Part shown: in pieces, positions 55,111-64,000 of the stretch | How the letters are laid out: each line of letters begins with the position of its first letter | How positions within the stretch are numbered: the first letter of the stretch is position 1 | Source of the DNA: Eledone cirrhosa | Taxonomy: Eukaryota | DNA length: 64,000 bases | Assembly: GCA_964016885.1 (NCBI GenBank) | Contig: OZ024743.1 | Span: forward strand, 62,001 to 126,000 | Direction of reading: 5' to 3' | Program-made: the position numbers and the translations under genes | Notes under the pieces: model-generated | What the model was told of the DNA's origin: nothing | Seen by the model: only the letters and a program-made list of their open reading frames with translations | Database searches by the model: none

Positions 55111-57082
55111 AACAAAGTCAATCTGTAAACGCAGAACTGGATATTTCAAAAAACGTTGCAGCCGGAGGAAGACAGGAAGACGATACTTTGGTTCATGGAA
55201 ACGTTCGCTGGCAAAGAACGGGAAAAAACGAATAATACGTCATTAATAGGAGCGGTGAAAAACAATTACGCGCAAAGACAAAACCACGTTTATGGTATAA
55301 AAGAGGTCGTAGACTAATGTTCTCTTAGGTGGTGCATATAGACGTTCTCTGGCGATGAACGAAAAAACGAAGATAATAAGTCATATGTGGAGCGTGGAGA
55401 ACGCAAAGACAAAACCACGTAAATGGTATAGCAGAAGTCGTAGACTAAAATTCCAACTAGGAGACCAAATGAATCTCCGCTACAGAGTTAAGAACAAAGT
55501 AAATAAATACGATACAGAAGTAATAGAAACAAATAAATACATACGCGCAAACAGATACGTACATACACAAGCATACGCAAAACCTTACCATAGGTATACA
55601 AAACCACGCACATATAAATATGTGTGTGTGTGTATGCTTGTGTACAAATAAATAAATAATTATATAAACGTATATAAGTAAATAATTACGTATATAACAA
55701 GCGCGCACACATACCTACATATAAATACACGAATGTTCGGAGTCGTAAGTCAACTAAAACAAGAAGTACACATATACATACACCCACCATACGTACGAAC
55801 CTGCATACTCACTCGGACGCAAAACTCCCGTATACACATAGCCAAACCCTAAATACCAGAATATGTAAAAATGATACGCCATAACAGTCAAATATACGTA
55901 CGAGAAGGTATACATACCTTCACAAAACATACGGGTAATATATACTTACCTATGCAAATAAGTAAAGGAATAAACAAAACGTATACTTAGCTCCCACATC
56001 AAGACCTAAAATATCCACGTATAGATCGTGCTATCCTTTAGGGTATAACGTGGGGCTGTAATACAGGAAAGTTTTGTGCAATTTATGTTTACAAGCCGAA
56101 ATTGCCTCAGATTTTTTGTTTAAGATGTGGTCTGTGGCGTAGAGTATTTCCAGGGCCTCAGCGGCGCAGAGGTCACATGGTCTTTTATTTCCGTTATACG
56201 ATCTAGCCCTAGCTAGGATCTCACAGTGTAACTTATATTGGGTGTGGTTGTCTTTTAGACTCCAGATATAAGCTGAAAGTGACGTCATGTTCCTTCTTAG
56301 AGGGTAACGAAAAGAATGGGTATGCATGTAAAGACGCTGCTTGAAGCTATTGGCGGTTAACCCTATGTAGGCCCTACGGGACGTGGGTGTTACAACCTTA
56401 CATTTGTAGACAATGTTACTAGAGAGGCATTTCCCGGATAGGGGGCAATCAGCCGAATTCCTACAATTACAGTTAGTACTAACTACAGGGTTGCACGTGT
56501 TCCTACGGCTAGGTAGTTTAGCTAAATTTGAAGTTGTGATGTTATGTGCAAGGTTAGGAGTCGTAGAGTAAGAAATTTTAATAGTAATTCTATTAAAAAT
56601 TTTACTATATTTATGTGTAGGGGGAAAATGCTTCGTAATAAGGGAAAGAAAGATCTTAGCTAATGGTGTGGCCACCTCCATATTATATGGTGGGTTAAAC
56701 CAACAAATGCGACGGGATCTATTTCTTCTAGGTCTATTTTCATACTCTGTATATGCTACCTTATCGACAAATCCACTTCGAGCCAGAGCTTCATTGTAAT
56801 AAGTGGAATGGTCGTTGAAAATGCGCTCGTTGGTGGAAAGACGGGAAAGCCTCAACGAAACGTTTCTTACCAGGTTCTTGGTTATGCTGGCAGGATGGTT
56901 GGAATGCTTACTTATGTAATTAAGCGTATCATTCGGCTTTCTATACGGGTAATACAACCCATTCAATAAATTGAGGGTAACGTCGAGGTAATTAACGACC
57001 GAGAGATTGGCCTCAACCTGTATAGAGAGGTTGGCAACGTTTTTTGAAATATCCAGTTCTGCGTTTACAGATTGACTTTGTT

Positions 57083-57133
57083 AGTTTCAGAAGATCCCGT
57101 TAAGGGTGAAAGCAGTGATTCTTTGCTTAAACT
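57083..57133 (+). ncRNA. Hammerhead variant (CAGAAGA core)
   Basis: agttt-CAGAAGA-tccc gttaa gggt-GAAA-gca..tgc-TT-aaact; flanking extra helix acagattga/ttaatctgt. Confidence 0.7.
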
Positions 57134-57149
57134 TTAATCTGTTATTTTA

Positions 57150-57287
<138 letters not shown>

Positions 57288-57787
57288 TATACATGCATAT
57301 ACATACATCATATGTAGACACACAAATTCTCTTCCCTTTGGTATTCGTTATTGTTGTTATATATTGTAATTTGGCATGCATGCAGTCGGAATTTTATACA
57401 CAGTGTTTCCCTATAATATAGAATGTAGGTCCACTCCGATGCCAGGATTTTATTTCTCGCTTCATCAAATGTATAGGAGCTACCTCAAATGTTTTCGACT
57501 TGTGCTGCCTAAGTTCAAATACAACTCCAATGTATTATTTTATCATATACACACACACACACACACACAGACACACACATATATATATATATATATATGT
57601 ATAAGGAAGGAAGTGTGGTAAGGAACCAGGTGGACCATAACGCACCAGAGTACTCGATACTTAGGGTAGTACAGTGGGTAAAAGGAAAAGAGTCAGGACC
57701 CCGACGGCTGAGCTCCGGCCGTTTCGACAGCTAGATCTACCTGTCGAAACGGCCGGATCTCAGCTGTCGGGGTCCTGACTCTTTTCC

Positions 57788-57873
<86 letters not shown>

Positions 57874-58091
57874 TAAAATTAGTCCTTCATCAGTGATCTT
57901 CCAACCTTAATTGGTATTTTATCGCGATGAAATACCAATGAAGGTTGGAAGATCACTGATGAAGGACTAATTTTATTCATATGTAACCCATGTGCAACCA
58001 CGCAGCACTCCATTTTTCTTATATATATACATATATATATATACATCCTGCTTTTCTCCTTTCTTACATATATACATATATGTATATATAT

Positions 58092-58153
<62 letters not shown>

Positions 58154-58313
58154 GATATTAATAAATGGAAACTATATTTATAAAACCATATCTATTTCAT
58201 TATACATATTTCGGGGATACCACATTAAATTATGGTATGCAGACAGCCTCCAAAAGTAATGGTTGCATTTTAAAAGGGTACGTCAAAGCTATTTGTAAAA
58301 CTGTTATATATTG

Positions 58314-58378
58314 TATTTTGTCTGATGAAGGCATACCATAATTTAATGTGGTATCCCTGAAATATGTATAATGAAATA
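58314..58378 (+). ncRNA. Type I hammerhead ribozyme in fold-back pLTR insertion 58149-58512 (same family as the 7-kb element)
   Basis: tattttgt-CTGATGA-aggcataccata/tgtggtatccct-GAAA-tatgta-TA-atgaaata. Confidence 0.82.
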
Positions 58379-58516
58379 GATATGGTTTTATAAATATAGT
58401 TTCCATTTATTAATATCGTATATCTACTCCAAAAACTTGTCGAGTGCTTTATATCAGTTATAAAAATATTTACTTGTTGTATCCCAACAACTTTAAATAG
58501 AACTTTTGCATATATT

Positions 58517-58701
<185 letters not shown>

Positions 58702-58822
58702 CCTGCCTTTCTCCTTTCTTACTATATACATATATGTATATATATATATATAAATATATATATATATAAACATATATATATATATAAATATATATATATA
58801 TAAATATATATATTTATATATA

Positions 58823-58908
<86 letters not shown>

Positions 58909-59170
58909 TATATATATAAATATATAAATATATAAATATATATAAATATATATATATATGAATCCACGCCTACCTTCACCTCCTTTCTCATTACTATTCA
59001 CCCTTTCAATTAAGCTACAATAGTCGCAAGCGTTCTTTCTACCCTGTTTATTCACTCATTTCTTTTGTGAAAAGATCTTTCTTACTTCTAATTCATCCTA
59101 GCTTCATCGGCCACTCATAATACTATTCTCCCCTGATCTTACTGTTTTCTCTCTAATATACATTATATCT

Positions 59171-59236
<66 letters not shown>

Positions 59237-59560
59237 GCTCTCTCTCCACATATATATATATATAGAAGTGGTAACACAACAGTTAGTTCACCATGCCGAG
59301 AACAATTGTTCTCTCTATATATATGTTAGGCCCAATACAAATAACTGTAAATAAGTGTTGAATAAGACGTGTAAGGTACATATGGAGACAGGAAATATGA
59401 TTAGAGGCCCCTTTTGGGATTCGAAATACGCGTCACTCATAGAAAGTGCTTTCACTTTCACAGGCGTCTCTTTCCACTTGTAGCTAACATATATTCACAT
59501 TTCAAGTTTCCCCAATGCTTCGTAAATTCACCGAATGTTTTTATAGTTATGTATGTGCAT

Positions 59561-59604
<44 letters not shown>

Positions 59605-59685
59605 TTAGATAGATGAATGCATGGATATATATATATATACTCTCTCTCTCTCACATACACACACACACGCACCACACACACACAC

Positions 59686-59720
<35 letters not shown>

Positions 59721-59754
59721 CATATATATTTATTTATATACTCTCTCTCTCCCC

Positions 59755-59793
<39 letters not shown>

Positions 59794-60418
59794 ACCACAC
59801 AGACATATATAGATACATAGATAGATTCACATCACGATTGTGACACATTTAGAGTACAAAACTCCCTCATGTGTTCAGTTAGTGATCCAAATGAAAACCG
59901 TGTTCAGGGTAATTCGTGTTTAATTCTCATAAATCTACGTGTAATTACCTGTCTACCTATCTGCCTACTTACCTACCTACCTATATATATTATATATATA
60001 TTACACATACTGAATTCATTTGCCAAAATCTGGGGTTTTTCCCCTTGTGAATTACACATGTGCTTTTACGAAACTCTGTGTCATTCACAAATTTGGTACA
60101 GAGCAAAATACCTGTTGATAACGTGATATTCCTTGTTCGATCATTATACCTAAAGTCTATAGTTTTAAGCAGACAGTATTATTGATTTAGGTGTCATAGA
60201 AACCCTGCATTTGGATTTTACAATCTATTCCAATGGGTCCAGGTCTGTTTTTTTATCATTTATTTTGTTTTGACCTGTTTAGCTTGATTTGCGTTTTGGC
60301 TTAGGTGGTTGATGCTTTCTTGACCACTTTTTCAGTTTTGTATGGCGTTTTAACATATTGTTTAGCTCTGGTTTTTTAACTATGGAGCGCTTGCCAGCAT
60401 AATTCTGATTCTCGCTGA

Positions 60419-60460
<42 letters not shown>

Positions 60461-60689
60461 AGTATATGTTGGTTGTATACCAACACCTCAGTATGCAAGC
60501 TGGAGCACTCGACGAAGTGCGTAGGTTGGTTTGGTTACTCCGGAGTAATGTAAAATAAAGTAAAATAAATAAATATGATTCCAGTTCCTCAGTGAAATAA
60601 CAACCCAACCAGGAACTGGGCATATCAGAGTATTGACAAAATTATACACATCAACAACATATGTACTTGTCTATACCACACTAATTCGG

Positions 60690-60744
60690 ACTGCCTGAAG
60701 AGGTCACAGCCAAAGATGGCTGTCACCGAAATATATATAGCAGT
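60690..60744 (+). ncRNA. Type I hammerhead ribozyme in pLTR insertion 60457-60797
   Basis: actgc-CTGAAGA-ggtcacagcca/tggctgtcacc-GAAA-tatata-TA-gcagt. Confidence 0.88.
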
Positions 60745-60788
60745 AATAAACGAAGCTAAATTTTAAACATTTGACTTATTTATTTTAT

Positions 60789-60878
<90 letters not shown>

Positions 60879-60888
60879 AACCAGTAAG

Positions 60889-60982
60889 ACCCCGACAGCT
60901 GAGCTCAAGCCGTTTCGACGGCTAATTCTGGACTAAATGAAAATTTATCCTGGTATTTAAATAGCCGATCTTCTCAAGGGGT
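60889..60982 (-). ncRNA. Hammerhead variant (U3-A8 core)
   Basis: Reverse complement of 62883-62976. Confidence 0.78.
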
Positions 60983-62882
60983 AATTTCATATATGGTCAA
61001 AGTGATTGTCAAAAATCAGTAGTAATTCTGTGGTTGCAAATTAGTAGGGGAGATGGTGGCTAAACCTGCCAGTAGGAGAAAGAGGGGAGGGGGTGGAGTA
61101 GACCCAATCAAGCGTTGGTAGTGCCAGCTACAGCTGGGCATGAGGTCAAGAAAAACACTTCCCATTGCAACACCGCTACCACAACATGATTAACAAAAAT
61201 ACCATCAAACTCTCTTACAGCACTACACCAAACTTCGCACAAAACATCGTCTCCTCTAACAACAAAAAACTCAACCCCGATGGCAGAAATAACCTAAATA
61301 GCAGTGGAGAACCGACCAGGAGGTGTAACTGCCTGGATAGATCTATTTGCCCACTCGACAATAGATGCAGAGACCGTAATGTGATCTACCAGTGCAACGT
61401 GAGGACGGATACCTCCAACAAAGCCTATATAGGACTTACCGCATGTGACTTCAAGACCCGGCTATACCAACATAGACATACCTTCCGAAACCCGGCCCGG
61501 CGTCACGCCACTACACTTTCGGGCCACATATGGGACCTCAAGGACAACAACATCACCTATGATCTCACTTGGAGATTACTGTCCAGAGCCAATTCTTACA
61601 CGGGAGGACGCCGTCCGTGCAATTTATGCTCGGAGGAAACTTTACAAATGCTGTTTTCGACGGACCAACTCCTAAACAAGAAAGATGAACTGGTCACTGC
61701 ATGTAAACATAGATTGCGTAGGACTTACCTCGCCCTCAAACCCCATAATGACCCGGGGGGGGGGGGGGGTAGACTAGGGCTATAACACCCCACTTGCCGA
61801 TTCTGCAATGGGTAACCCCTGCTTGCCAAGGAAGACGTAAGATCTTCTTTGTATTCTTTTATCGCTTCCTTTATTTCCTTCCCCCCTCTCTCCTTAGTCC
61901 TTCTACCCCAGCTCTTCTCCTTTGTCGGCGTCTTTTCTCGCCCACCCGAGGCTGCCCTTTGGCCCCATGTAGCCTTAGTACCCCCACCCCCCCTCCCCTA
62001 GTCTATGATAGATTTGGCGGACTCCGCCCTTTATAGCAGTTGGCTTAGACCCCGGATACTTGCCCCCTTTTTCCGACCGCTCCCACTATTCTCTGTGCCC
62101 TCTATATTTCTTAGTGGCACTTATGCCTTATTTTTTCGTTTCAGTATTTCTTGCTTCGCTTTTCTTCTGGGCGGGGTGGATTCTGAATTTATTTCTCCGT
62201 ATTCTACCTTTATTTCGTACGAACTTCCATGTAGCTTGTTTTAGATCTTTTAGAGTTAGCATTAGTATATATTTTTCTCGGGACTCAGAATTATTATCTC
62301 GTACAAGTTCACTTTGCTGCACTGGGTCGTTGCTGGCCCGGGATGGAAACCTTTATTGTTTATTTCGTGGTAGTCTCTTTAGTATTTTGGCCCCTTTTGT
62401 TGACCCGTCACCGTATCATTTACGTACTTATACCTCTTAAAAGGGTCCTTGCCTATCCGTCCCACCTAGTTCTTTTACTTATTTCGTTATTTCTTTATTT
62501 ATTTCTTTCTTTACTTCTTTCTTTCTTTATTTATTTTATTCTAGCCTAACAATAGCCTGACACCTAGGTCGTAGAATTTAATTTACTTTACTTTTTTCTT
62601 TACACTTATTTGCTTTTCTTCACTCTCAGTATTTTTTCTTTCCTATATATTTCTACCCCCCATTGTTCTACCTACCGTTCCGACTTCCTCCCCCTCCCCC
62701 TCCCCTGTATCTTCTTTGACCTCATGCCCAGCTGTAGCTGGCACTACCAACGCTTGATTGGGTCTACTCCACCCCCTCCCCTCTTTCTCCTACTGGCAGG
62801 TTTAGCCACCATCTCCCCTACTAATTTGCAACCACAGAATTACTACTGATTTTTGACAATCACTTTGACCATATATGGAATT

Positions 62883-62976
62883 ACCCCTTGAGAAGATCGG
62901 CTATTTAAATACCAGGATAAATTTTCATTTAGTCCAGAATTAGCCGTCGAAACGGCTTGAGCTCAGCTGTCGGGGT
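62883..62976 (+). ncRNA. Hammerhead variant (U3-A8 core, TTGAGAA)
   Basis: acccc-TTGAGAA-ga(t)cggcta...tagccgtc-GAAA-cggct tgagctc agctg-TC-ggggt. Confidence 0.78.
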
Positions 62977-63067
62977 CTTACTGGTTTCTATTACCCACTC
63001 TACTACCTCAAGTATTGAGTACTTTGGTGCATTATGGTCCACCTGGTTCCTTACCATATTTCCTTCG

Positions 63068-63112
<45 letters not shown>

Positions 63113-63194
63113 ACTTTACCATCTTAACTTTGTATTCCTTATTCTATATATATATATATAGAATAAGAAAATACATAGTTAAGATGGTAAAGTC

Positions 63195-63254
<60 letters not shown>

Positions 63255-63368
63255 TTGTATTTACTACTTGTCGTTCTCTTGTTGTTTCTATATGGAAACC
63301 CTAAAAATTCAATGGATCCCACAAGACAAAAGAAATACTCAACCTTCATACAAACAGCAACACACCAT

Positions 63369-63820
63369 CTTCTTCTTCTTCTTCTTCTTCTTCTTCTTCT
63401 TCTTCTTCTTCTTCTTCTTCTTCTTCTTCTTCTTCTTCTTCTTCTTCTTCTTCTTCTTCTTCTTCTTCTTCTTCTTCTTCTTCTTCTTCTTCTTCGCTTA
63501 CTTATTCCTGAAAATGTCATGGGAGCAGGGTACTCAAACACTCCTTCCAGCAGATCCTGTCAGAAGCAACCGTCTCCAACTGATCCGGCTGGACACCCAA
63601 GCGAGACCAACCAAGCTCGTGGATGTTATCCAACCATCTTGCTCGGGGCCTACCCCTGGGTCTTTTGCCGGTTGGTTTTGCCCCTAAAATCTGTCCAGCG
63701 ATTCTTTCCTGAGACATTCTAACCACATGTCCATAGTCCATAGTATCGGAGCTGTGATCTCTCAACCGGAGAAGTAGTGGCTCTACCTGGAGTGACTCTC
63801 TCATCTCTAAACTACTCATT
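63369..63820 (-). mobile_element. RTE LINE 3' fragment with long (AGA)n tail
   Basis: LQVEPLLLRL...GHVVRM...GKRPRGRPRARWLDNI, then (TTC)n at 63369-63495 on the + strand. Confidence 0.78.
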
Positions 63821-64000
63821 CCTCCTTTTGTATATATATTTGTCTTTGTATTTCAATAAAACTTTCAATCATCTTTATATCCACTTTTAGCTAATTTTAG
63901 CTATTTTTACAAAACCTGACAATAACACGAACTCTTGACCCAATAGAACGTCACCTAAACACACATACACACACACTACTGAATAAAACCTGAATCTTTA

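Larger units (their letters stand above)
60875..63070 (+). mobile_element. Naiad-type PLE, 5'-truncated (ORF remnant 61151-61785), with inverted pLTR arm
   Basis: CNCLDRSICPLDNRC, VIYQC...AYIG, CNLCSEE, LNKKDE..CKH; inverted repeat 60875-61149 vs 62716-62990; (TA)n on both sides. Confidence 0.9.

Overview
AT-rich, microsatellite-dense animal genomic DNA. A cephalopod/octopus origin is inferred from the repeat families, not proven. The only host-gene sequence I recognise is the last coding exon of a LysM + transmembrane protein gene (LYSMD3/4-like, 22037-22612). The rest is mobile DNA: RTE-clade LINEs and SINEs, an R4/Dong-like LINE, a Helitron remnant, MITEs and many Penelope-like retroelements (PLEs), mostly of Naiad type and sitting in (TA)n tracts. 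The PLE system is the most interesting part. (i) One intact 737-aa RT/GIY-YIG ORF lies in a 7-kb head-to-head palindrome whose two arms join end-to-start on the element map. (ii) About ten smaller fold-back insertions have the same geometry. (iii) At least 13 readable type I hammerhead ribozymes are present, including U3-A8 and U4A core variants. (iv) A bulged hairpin with covarying pairs (RCTC-Y..R-TH-GAGY-RCT) recurs just downstream of the hammerhead in otherwise unalignable families, and I cannot assign it to a known RNA. All coordinates and pairings were read by eye.
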